A DNA stretch of 64,000 bases from the human T2T-CHM13v2.0 reference genome, Homo sapiens: assembly GCF_009914755.1 (NCBI RefSeq), contig NC_060932.1; one strand, 5' to 3'. The notes under the pieces were generated by a model. That model ran no database searches and was not told the DNA's origin. It saw only the letters and a program-made list of their open reading frames with translations. Position numbers and translations under genes: made by a program. Shown piece by piece: positions 41,417 through 52,200 of this stretch; the stretch's first letter is position 1; the number at the start of each line of letters is the position of its first letter.

Positions 41417-42854
41417 CTGCTATTTTGTGAATTCCAAAAGAGTGCTGGATAGAGTTCCCATTTTCATATTTACATGAGAGGATAGATGGGTGAGATATTA
41501 ATAAACAATTCTGGTTTTTATTAAATAGGGAATCCTGTTCCCATCAATAAATGGTGCTGGGAAAACTGGCTAGCCACATGTAGAAAGCTGAAACTGGATC
41601 CCTTCCTTATACTTTATACAAAAATTAACTCAAGATGGATTAAAGACTTAAATGTTAGACCTAAAACCATAAAAACCCTAGAAGAAAACCTAGGCAATAC
41701 CATTCAGGACATAGGCATGGGGAAGGATTTCACGACTAAAACACCAAAAGCAATTGCAACAAAAGCCAAAATTGACAAATGGGATCTAATTAAACTAAAG
41801 AACTTCTGCACAGCAAAAGAAACCACCATCAGAGTGAACAGGCAACCTACAGAATGGGAGAAAATGTTTACAATCTACTCATCTGACAAAGGGCTAATAT
41901 CCAGAATTTACAAAGAACTTAAACAAATTTACAAGAAAAAATCAAACAACCCCATCAAAAAGTGGGCAAAGGATATAAACAGACACTTCTCAAAAGAAGA
42001 CATTTATGCAGCCAACAGACACATGAAAAAATGCTCATCATCACTGGCCATCAGAGAAATGCAAATCAAAACCACAATGAGATACCATCTCACACCAGTT
42101 AGAATGGTGATCATTAAAAAGTCAGGAAACAACAGGTGCTGGAGAGGATGTGGAGAAATACGAACACTTTTACACTGTTGGTGGGACTGTAAACCAGCTC
42201 AACCATTGTGGAAAACAGTGTGGTGATTCCTCAAGGATCTAGAACTAGAAATACCATTTGATCCAGCCATCCTATTACTGGGTATATACCCAAAGGATTA
42301 TAAATCATGCTGCTATAAAGACACATGCACACGTATGTTTACTGCAGCATTATTCACAATAGCAAAGTCTTGGAACCAACACAAATGTCCAACAATGATA
42401 GACTGGATTAAGAAAATGTGGCACATATACACCATGGAATACTATGCAGCTACAAAAAATGATGAGTTCATGTCCTTTGCAGGGACATGGATGAAGCTGG
42501 AAACAATCATTCTCAGCAAACTAGTGCAAGGACAGAAAACTAAACACTGCATCTCCTCACTCATAGGTGGGAATTGAACAATGAGAACACTTGGACACAG
42601 GATCGGGAACATCACACACTGGGGCCTGTCGTGGGGTAGGGGGAGGGGGGAGGGATAGCATTAGGAGATATACCTAATGTAAATGATGAGTTAATGGGTG
42701 CAGCACACCAACATAACACATGTATACATATGTAACAAACCTGCACGTTGTGCACTTGTACCCTAGAACTTAAAGTATAATAATAATAATAATAATAATA
42801 AAGAATTCTGTTTTTTAGAACTTGACACCTAGGAAAACTCTATTGCTTTGTTCT
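41417..42854. repeat. Copy 2 of the duplication (split by L1)
   Basis: Shares the exact 20-mer agagtgctggatagagttcc and the acctaggaaa..tgctttgttct block with copy 1. Confidence 0.9.
41518..42800 (+). mobile_element. 5'-truncated, 5'-inverted L1 (L1PA4/5-type) with 21-bp TSD and (TAA)n tail
   Basis: ORF2 C-terminal ORFs 41717-42226 and 42335-42577; TSD aataaa(c/g)aattctg(g/t)ttttta at 41500-41520 and 42797-42817. Confidence 0.97.
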
Positions 42855-42999
42855 CAGTAAGCCAATTTATGGAGCAAATAAACTCAGATATATTAGACTT
42901 TGGTAAGCAAAAGGTATGTGACCAAAAACATTTTTATTTGTTTATTTAGTCATTTATTCACTGGTCACTTATCTAACAAATATCTGTGGAGCAGCCATG

Positions 43000-43700
43000 T
43001 TTGCCTCTGGAAACCCCTCCATTGGCTTAAATAACATTCTCTTGTTCTTCCTTTACCTCTTTCTGTCCCTTCTTTTGATGGCCTTTCTTGGTGCATCCCT
43101 TAAATGCAGACACTCCCAACTGACCAGTCCTGTACACACGTGCCTCTCTTGACAGTCTCCATTGGGAATCTCATTAACACTAAAGATTCTGCTGATCAAT
43201 AAATGACTCCCACAACCATATGTCTAAGCCTGGCCCCTCTCCAATATTCAAGCCCCTCATTTCCAGTTTACAGCAGACACTTCCTTCTGGAGATGTTGGT
43301 AGTTCAATCTCGATGTGTTGCAAATAATCACCTTTTTAAAAAACTTTCAAACGGTTCTTCCTGCTATGCTTCTGTTTGTGTTGAAGACATTTATCTGAGC
43401 TGATAATCAACTCCTGTCACTTCCATGCTCCCCACATCCAACCCACTGGAGAGTTCCAACTATTCTTACTTGGAGAAATACTTTTCCTCTACTCTGTCTT
43501 TTTGTCATCAATGGCATGATTGTGTTTCAGATCTCTTTATTTCTTCCCAGGGTTGGAGCAGTGACCTTCCAGCTGGCCTCTACTCTTCTCTCCTGGCCAT
43601 CCATGTTATCCATGGCCTCTAGATTAATCTTTCTGAAGTACATATCTTGATGAGGATTCCCCAGTGAAAGTCTCTAATATTTTTTCTTTCCCAAAGGGCT
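43000..43700 (+). mobile_element. L2 fragment
   Basis: ccttaaatg..atgactccc..tctaagcc..cccacatccaacc..ccagctggcctc..agattaatctttctgaagtacatatct. Confidence 0.55.
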
Positions 43701-43704
43701 TAAG

Positions 43705-43984
43705 TACATCTCCCCTAAACTCACGTGCTGAAGTCCTAACCCCCAGTGTCTCTGAATGTGACTGTTTTGGAGACAGGGCCTTTATAAAGGTAACTAAGGT
43801 TAAATGAAATAATTAGGATGGGTCCTAATCCAACATGACTGGTGTCCTTATAAGAAGGAGATTAGGACACAGACAAGCACAGAAGAAAGCTCATGTGAAG
43901 CACAAGGAGAAGATGGTCATTTGCAAGCCAAAGAGAGAGGCCTCAGGAAAAACCAAAGCTGCTGACATCTTGATCTTGAACTTG
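43705..43984 (+). mobile_element. MLT1B-like MaLR LTR lacking its 3' end
   Basis: gaagtcctaacccccagtg..cctaatccaacatgactggtgtccttataagaagg..gagagaggcctcagga..cttgatcttg. Confidence 0.85.
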
Positions 43985-44587
43985 AACTGGAGTAATCACT
44001 CAAATCAGTCTCTCCAAAGTCTCAGAGGCTGGGGTTTTTATAGACAGTTTGGTGGGCAGGGGGCCAGGGAATTGGTACTGCTGACTGGTTGAGAATGAAA
44101 TCATAGTGGTGTGGAAAACAGTCCTGGTGCACTGAGTTTGCCTCTGGGTGGGGCCACAGGACCAGCTGAGTCATGAGTCACGAGTCCAGGTGGGGTCAGT
44201 CAAAAAAATATCTCAAAAAACCAATCAGATTCTGCAATAGTTATGTTATTTATAGCAGCAATTGGGAAGGCCAAACATTTGTAACCTCTGGCCACACGAC
44301 TCTCGAGCAGTAAGGGATTATAGAAATTACACCTACATCTTAGCAGAGTTCAAGCCCCTCTCATAATCCTAACTTTGTGTCCTTTCATTAGTTTTACAAA
44401 GGTAGTTTGGTTTGGGGAAGGGCTACTATCATCCTTGCTTTAAAGTTAAACTATAAATTAAATTTCTCTCAAAGTTAGTTTGGCCCATGCCCAGGAATGA
44501 CCAAGGACAACTTAGCGGTTATAAGCAAAATGGAGTCAATGATGTCAGAAGTCTCTTACTGTCATAATTTTACAAAGGCAGTTTCAT
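43985..44587 (-). mobile_element. LTR8-family (LTR8A/B) ERV1 LTR, 3' end missing
   Basis: Reverse complement starts tgaaactgcctttgtaaaattatgacagtaagaga..tgactccattttgctt..gtccttggtcattcctgggcatgggcc. Confidence 0.85.
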
Positions 44588-46089
44588 CTTCACTTGTTCA
44601 AGATTAAGGCCCACTTCACATGCTACTTCCTCCATGGGAACCTGCCAGTCAGGCGTAATCCGGCTTCTCCTAAAGTACTGATTGTGTCACTACCATTTTT
44701 ATGAGATTTTTCACTTCTAGTTTATTTTATGTCTATTTATGGATATGTCTCATTTCTTTTATTACAATGCATATTTTTTGAAGTCAGTGTATTTCGGCTT
44801 CATTCTTAAATTTCCAAAGCCTGTGACACAGAGCTTGTCAAACCTGAGAGAAAACGACATCTAAAGCTAAGCTTCTCTGTTTTAGTATAAAAGTGGGCAC
44901 CTTTAATCCTTTCTTCTATCACCACTATTAATTTGCATGCATTAAGGAAAGAAAATCTCAGTTAAATGATAGGAGAAAGCTAGAGTTGGATTGCATTTAT
45001 ACATATATTGTAATTATAGTTGGATTGCTAAAACCAAGTAGGCCAAATAAAATTTAAAAATGCCAAGCCACTCAGATGAAAATAATCATAATGGTGATAC
45101 TAACAAGGGTGGTTGGTAGTATCAAATACCATCATTTAGGAAGTGTTCAACTACTTGCTACATAATAAACTGTCTTACATGCAGTATTTAATTTGGTCTT
45201 CACAACAACCTTGTGTCAAAGGTATTATTTTTAAAAAGAATAAATTTGGTAAGTAACCAGACCAATGGCCACAAAACTAATGAATGCATGCAACCCTGTC
45301 CAACTCAAAAACCCCTGCTCTTGACATTTACCCCTGTGGTAGAACCACCTGATCAATGTTAAATCAGTTTGACTACACATTTCCACTGAATATTTATGCA
45401 TAGGGTACACTCCTGGTTTTATCAGTAGCTTCTGCCTGCACATCTCTTATGTGCCAGTGGTGTCTTGCCCCAGCCTCTCCTGCCTTCAGTCACCACCTGC
45501 ATACACCTGCAGCTCCAGCACCAGATCAGAGCTGGGGCTCAGTCCTGACTCCAGCTGGAAGCTCCTCTACCTTCATAATTTCACATTTGATATCAAACAA
45601 ACCATACTGCATTTTAGGTCTCAGTTGGGATATCGTGTTTTTGCCTTCACAGGAAACCTAGTTTATACCAGGTGCCCCTCCATTCAATAAGAAATTACTT
45701 ACTGAGTATTTGAATCCCTAAAATAGGTTCAGTACTATTCCTGGCATTGGATGTGTAACAATGAACAAAACAAATATATGCCTCTGTTCACTGCTTTCAC
45801 CCCAACACCTAGACCACTGCCTAGAAAGTAGTAGCTACAATAAATACTTGTTTAATGAAGAATGAATGCATGAGCCACTGGGCTTTTGCCTTGGCCCTGT
45901 GACTTAGCTTCTTCCTTTTCTTACCTAACTCACTCTTCCCTTCAGGTCTCATATTTTGATTAAAAGTTTTCTCTCTGGGCCAGCATTCTTGCAGCCCTCT
46001 TCACCTCCACCATTGTATCTGACCAGCTCAACAGTTGGACTAATTTCTGCTTTCAAGTTTCTACCACAGGGCGCTATCCAGTTATAAGT

Positions 46090-46440
46090 AATTGTACCAG
46101 AAAGTTTAGGCCCAGTTACACTCTGGGAACTGCCAATCCCAATCTCAGTGGCTCAGAATGGCCAAGGGCAAGTTTATGTTTCATTTGCATGACTGTCAAC
46201 AGATGCACCTCTACTCCAAGAGCAGAATATCTGAGACAGGCTAATATCCGCTAGAAAGTAAGATGCTAGAGCCACAAGATGGCTCTTGGAGTTTCTACTT
46301 GGAAGGAGCATCTATTGCTGCCATTTATATTTCACTGGCCAAAGCAAGTCATGTGACCAAACCTCAATTCAAGCGTATAACAAGTCATCTGTCCACACCC
46401 ATGGTCAAGGAGGTAGGACATGTAACCCTTCCACAGGGAG
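46090..46440 (-). mobile_element. Old LTR33/MLT1-like remnant
   Basis: aatctcagtggct..aagtttat..; atttcactggccaaagcaagtcatgtgaccaaacct. Confidence 0.5.
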
Positions 46441-48821
46441 AATCTGTGAACAAAGCCACATCAAGCTGGCCCTTAGAAAACTGGTAACCTAGAAGGATAT
46501 TATGCCTCCAAAATCAATGGAACCTGATTGGGTTAGAAACTAGAGAGAGGCCTTAAAATAAAGAAAGGACATCATTGTCTGATGCCACCCACAGACTGTA
46601 CTGATCTCACAGCGATATTAAAAAGCATTATCTTATCATCTTAAGCTTGAATTGTGACATCCAAACTTCTTTTCATCTCCACATTCAATGTAAAAGAAAA
46701 AAGTGCTGAAAGTGTCTTTGTGGAACACTCGGCAGTATAGACCATTCTGGCTTTGTGGCTATCATTTTAACATCTCTTAAAGCATGAATATGAAATCTGG
46801 GGAAAGGTTCGATTGACGATTTTCAAGATTACCCTGAAACCAGAATAAGAAATGTTCAACAGAGGAGTATCCACTTGATACAGTATGTTACTGTCCTCAC
46901 ATTGGAAATCTTCCTGGCAATGGTTACTCTTTGTGACTACATGCACTTTTGACAGCCAAGCAGTGTGAAAAACCAGCAGCCTCCATCCCCTTTTGCACTA
47001 ATTAAGATTGTCCTCGGATTTGCTGCTAGTTGAAAATATTGTCTTTTTCAAGGCTGTTTCAAGGCTTTTTCCTTAGCTTCAGCAAACTGCTACTTAAAAG
47101 TAGTTATTCATTCCTTTCAAAATATGAAATGTGCCTTTAAAATGAAGTTTTGGTGGCTTTTTGTTTTTCTGCTGTGAAAAATTAGAATTCAGGCCGTTCT
47201 AAACCAAAAGATAGGAGTTATATTAATATAAAGACAAAACAAGGTGGTGGATAGTAAGATTCACAGTGACAGCCAAAAGCTGAGCAAATTAAATGAAGAC
47301 AGCTACTGTGTTTGTCTAGGCATCATTTTTATGAAGAATTCTAAAAATTTCTAGCTTTTATCAAAATAAGTAACCAAATCCACTTCTTGTTTTTCTACCA
47401 GCTGCATGGGTCACAAATGGCCAAGTTTGGTGTCCTCATACAAACACATGACACCATATGAGAGAGCTTGTGGGCTTGGTCTGGCAGGGCAAGATTCCAT
47501 GTGTACGCCAACCCATGGGGTGGGAGCGAATTTGACCTTGGGAGGAGCTTATCACCCCGTGACTGAAGCAGCTTGAGCTCAACGTGACAACAGGATCAAC
47601 AACAACTATGTGTGAAATGTGAACCGATTACTTCTTCGGTCAATCTTGTATCACAGTTTAATCAGAAGAAACCAAGGATGTGTTATTTTATTGAATTGGA
47701 CAGTACAGTGACAAAACAGGTGTGTCTATTTGCGGGAAAGTTTTTGGAAGATCCCTTGAGACCATGTTCTATTTGACTATTTGACTGCAAATCAAATCTC
47801 TGCTTTAGGTTTGCTAATCTCCAAACCTCCCAGAAAACATTCAAATATCAGGGTTACATCATGTGCAAGACACCATTTAAAATTAAAGCTACATTTAACA
47901 TGTAAAAGCAAACTTCTGTGAGTTTCATCCCTTTTAAAGAAGCTACTGTCACTACACTTAGTTCAAATGCTGCCCTTCAAAGGATAACACTAGAAGAGAA
48001 AAAATGTCTCACTTACTAGGTCACAAGCAGTTTATGGGAATGAATTAAAAACTCTTCAAGCCTTGCATGGCTAACAAGGTAAAGTAGTGTTTCTCAATTT
48101 TTTTTTCATCAACCATTTCCCCATTTTAATGCATTGAAATCTCACTCAAGAAGTGATCTCTGGCCCAGTGGAAACTATATACTGAGCCACAGAAGGAGAT
48201 TAAGATGCGGCAGACTTCAGACAAAGGGCCAGAGGTTTTGTGGCTAATGAAACTATGGTGGTAAACCTTCATTTTATCCTTTGCCAACTGTCTGGATCTT
48301 TGTTAAAGGAGAAAACTTCCAGGTTATCCTTCCTACCAACTCTTCCCAGTGATGGTGTCGTTATGAAAGGAAGTAAGTGGCTCTTTCTTACATTAAAAAA
48401 AAAAAATTGGGAATGTTTACAGTCACAATTTAGTTTTACCCCAAATCGTCTTATCTAGTGGAAATATTTTATTCATTCAATCACATACTCATTCCTTCAT
48501 TCAGTAAATATTTACTGAGCCTATCTGTTATACCAGGAAGTATGCTGTGAATGGAAATGCACAATTAATGTAAGGTTCTTCCCTTATGTAACTTACATCC
48601 TAGGAGAGAACAAACAAGGAAATTGATTGTAAAACAGTCTGGGACATGGGGAGACTGGAGTCTTGGTCTCAAATGTTAGGTGTTTCTGAAAATCAAATCC
48701 AACTTCTAAAGTTTAAAGCCTCCTTGCCAATGAGCCTATGTAAACGGATGTATTGAAAGCACATCCTTTTAGCCTCCTCATTTCCTGAATTGGTCTTCAT
48801 ATCTCTTTTATTCTACTTCAC

Positions 48822-49210
48822 TGTATGTTTCCTCTTCTTGTGTTGCTGTAAATAAATACCTGAGGTTGGGTAACTTATAAAGAAAATAGATTTATTTTGG
48901 ATCATGGTTCTGCAGGCTGTACAGGAAATGTTGGTGCCAGCATCTGCTTCTGGTGAGGCCTCAGGACGCTTCCAGTCATGGCAGAAGGTGAAGGGGAGCA
49001 GCACATCACATAGCAAGAGCAGGAGTAAGAGATGGAGAAGGGGAAGGTCCCACACTTTTAGCAACTAGATCTTGCATGAACTGATTCATCACCAAGGGAA
49101 TGGCACTAAGCCATTCATGATCAAATCACTTCTCACCAGGCCCCAACTTCCATGCTGGAGGTCACATTTCAGTATGAGATTTGGAGGGGACACGCATCCA
49201 AACTACATCA
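48822..49210 (-). mobile_element. MSTB-like MaLR solo LTR
   Basis: aatacctgaggttgggtaacttataaagaaaa..ggttctgcaggctgtacagg..catctgcttctggtgaggcctcagg..catccaaactacatca. Confidence 0.88.
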
Positions 49211-49524
49211 GTGTCCTTAAATATTTTCACTTGTTCCCATTTTCACTTGTTGCCACTACTTTAATTCATGCTACCACCATTTCTTGCATAAAATTCTACT
49301 CCTGCCTTCCAGGCTCTTTCCTCCTACCACACCCCTTTCCTCCCTACCATTCATTCTCTTTATCTGGAGGCATTTTATTGAAGTCCACATGATGTATTTC
49401 CCTGCTAAAATTCCTCCACTGATTCTCACAGTCTTCCAGACCTTATCTAAACATCTACAGACGACTTAGGACTATCTTAGTGAGTGGGCATCTGTTTACC
49501 TCTCTAACTCAACTTTCCAAAGCC

Positions 49525-49720
49525 TAGTCTGTACAACAGCAGTTCCTTGGAAGTTAATAAAGGATCTTCAAGGAGAAAAAATTTTATGGTGAAATAATTT
49601 TGGGAACTGTGGAAAAAACCAGTTACACAGGTTTTCTCATTAGACTCTTCAACATGTAAATGAGTTTTCTGAATATCCAAGAAAGAAATACATTATTCAG
49701 TGTTTCACAAATTTGTCTAA
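49525..49720. mobile_element. Charlie4a-like hAT fragment
   Basis: aataattttgggaactg..caggttttct..tgaatatccaag..cagtgtttcacaaattt. Confidence 0.45.
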
Positions 49721-49807
49721 AGAATCTTGATGCATACATATGAACAGGCACACACACAAATGCACATACACACACACATCTGCACACTCCTTGAGGGTGT
49801 CTCTACA

Positions 49808-50416
49808 TTATAATAGACAGAATCATGGTGCCCAAAGATGCTCAACTCCTAATCCCCATGGCAAAAGAGGCTTTGCAAACATGATTAAGGTTACAGACCT
49901 TGAGATGGAAAGATTATCCTGGATTATGTAGATGGGCCTAATTTAATCATATGAGCACTTGAAGCAGAAAACTGAGTCGGGCTGGAATCAGAAGAGATGA
50001 AACAGAAGGAAAAGCCACAGAAACTTCAAGCACAATAAGGATTCCATGCTCCATTGCTGAGATGTACAGGGCCTCATGGAGGGACCGGAAAGAGAGCTCT
50101 GTTGCTAAAGGTGGCCCCTGGCTGACAGCCAGCAAGGAAACAGCAACCTGGGTCCTATACACATGGAGTGGATTCTACCAACCCCCTGAATGTGCTTGGA
50201 AGCAGATTCTTCCCCAGAGCACTCAGAAATTAATTCAGTCCTGCCAACCCCTTAATATCTGCCTTATGAGACTGTAAGCAGAAGACACAGCTGAGACAGG
50301 TTGTACTGTAATTCTGACCCACAGCACCAGGAGGTAAGAAACTTGCGTTGTTTGAAAACTCTGTGTTTGTGGTAATTTATTATGGCAACAACAACAACAA
50401 CAAAAACCTAATGCAC
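49808..50416 (+). mobile_element. MLT1E-like MaLR LTR
   Basis: catggcaaaagaggctttgca..ccttgagatggaaagattatcctggattat..gctgacagccagcaaggaaac..gtggtaatttattatggcaac. Confidence 0.85.
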
Positions 50417-51829
50417 AGGTACAATATTTGCCTTCGTGTCTCATCTTTGCCTACCTATACTGTGCACACTCTATATTGCCCAGCTGGGATGCCCTAGAAA
50501 CAGGTGTTCTCTCAAATATCTTGGGTTTGATCATGATGCCTGGAATGTTCTTTCTTTAATTCTCTTCTTTCCAAGACACAGTCCCCAATACTCACCTCTG
50601 ACTCCCAGCCTTCTGGCTAGGCCTGACTGCTAACTCCAACTAATCCATCAAGACTTGGTTTAAGCATCATCTACTCTAGCATTCTCTGGCTTTCCCATAT
50701 GATCTTGTGGTACCCTGTTCACTTGCCTATCTTCCCCCGGAAGGCCTTGAGGACAAGAACAATAACTTACTCATCTTTTCCTCTCCCTTATCAACCTGGC
50801 ATAGAAAAGATGATCAGCAAATGTGCAGAACCAATGAATTCAGTTAAAGATAACTAATTAACAACTGATAATATAAGGCTTAACCCCTAAAAAGAGGTGA
50901 GAACTGCCAACAGAGATACAGGATCATTCAGTATATGGATGTCCTTAGAAGTGTGTGGATAACACAGTTAACCCAAGCACAGAGAATGAGGATAATAGTC
51001 TTGAAAAACATATTACAAAATACTTTCCAAAGTATTTTTCAGTCCCTGTAAATTCTATTGCCCTGAATCTCTCATCTCATTAATTAAAAATCATTCATTT
51101 CTTCAAGGGAGGGACAATACAACCTAGAGAAAAGTGTACTTATTGGCTCTGAGTTTCCTATTAGACTTTTTGATCCATAGTAAGGCAATAGACATGAACC
51201 CCAGCTCTGCAGAGAGAAGCAAGGGTTTTCTAAATTCCAAAAGCTTTTCATATGAAGACCTGGGCTTGAAGGCTGAGCATATAATTTTAACATAAGCCAC
51301 AATGTGGCAGGTATTCATGCATTTTAGTAAATTGTCCAATGTTACACATCTAGTGACTTAAAAGCAAGTAGTTCAACCCAGGTGTGGGTGACTCCCAAAC
51401 CCACACTTTTTCCCACTGTGGCATGCTGTCTCAAAAGAATTTACTGCTCCTGGAACTGGTGCATTCCCTGTCATTGTCATATACAAGCTAAGGCTTAAGG
51501 ACCTTATACCTTTAATGACATAGAGAAGATTTACACACAAACAGATATCTCTTTAAGTGACCTTTCAAGTCAGATCCTTAGACTCTAGAATGTTATGAAA
51601 ATGTTTTTTTCTTATTTAAATATTAGTTTCAAATTTCATATTTGCCTCATATTTAAAATTAAACGCTCTTAACCGCTTCAGATGATTCAATCAGCCATTC
51701 AACTTATAAGGAAAAGATATTAGGCACATAAATTTTTTGACTGAAATGAGCAGCAATTCGGTTTAAAGTGACAAATGGTTTATGATATCACTCCTTCCCA
51801 CTAGAGAAAATTAACTTTGGGCATGGAAA

Positions 51830-52070
51830 TATCATATGCATTGGAATCCCATGTAGCTATTTAAAGAATAAATTTAGTGTATACATGGTGAAATATTCAT
51901 GATCAAGTTGAAAAAATCAAATTGAATAGTAGTATGTGTGGTGTAATTCTGTTTTTATTTAAAGTTATCTCTCATTATATAAAATGTCAGTAGAAAAGCC
52001 TGGAAGTATATGCATACATGCTTGCCTTCATTTCACTTGGCTAAACTGTGGTTATTTTAGGAAAGTGGAA
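51830..52070 (+). mobile_element. Old L1M 3' fragment
   Basis: tgtagctatttaaagaat..atacatggtgaaatattcatga..aaatcaaattg..agtatg..agaaaagcctggaag. Confidence 0.45.
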
Positions 52071-52114
52071 CAAGCGCAGGAAGTATAAATAATGTACATA
52101 TAAATGGAAGAATC

Positions 52115-52200
52115 ATTTATATATACATTCAGTTATTTATATATGTGTGTGTGTATATATATACACACACATATATAAAATACACACACATATGTATAAA
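52115..52200. repeat. (TA)/(TG)/(CA) compound microsatellite
   Basis: atatatgtgtgtgtgtatatatatacacacacatatata. Confidence 0.85.

Noticed and set aside
42632-42654. G-quadruplex-like tract
   Set aside because: Ordinary L1 3'UTR polypurine tract.
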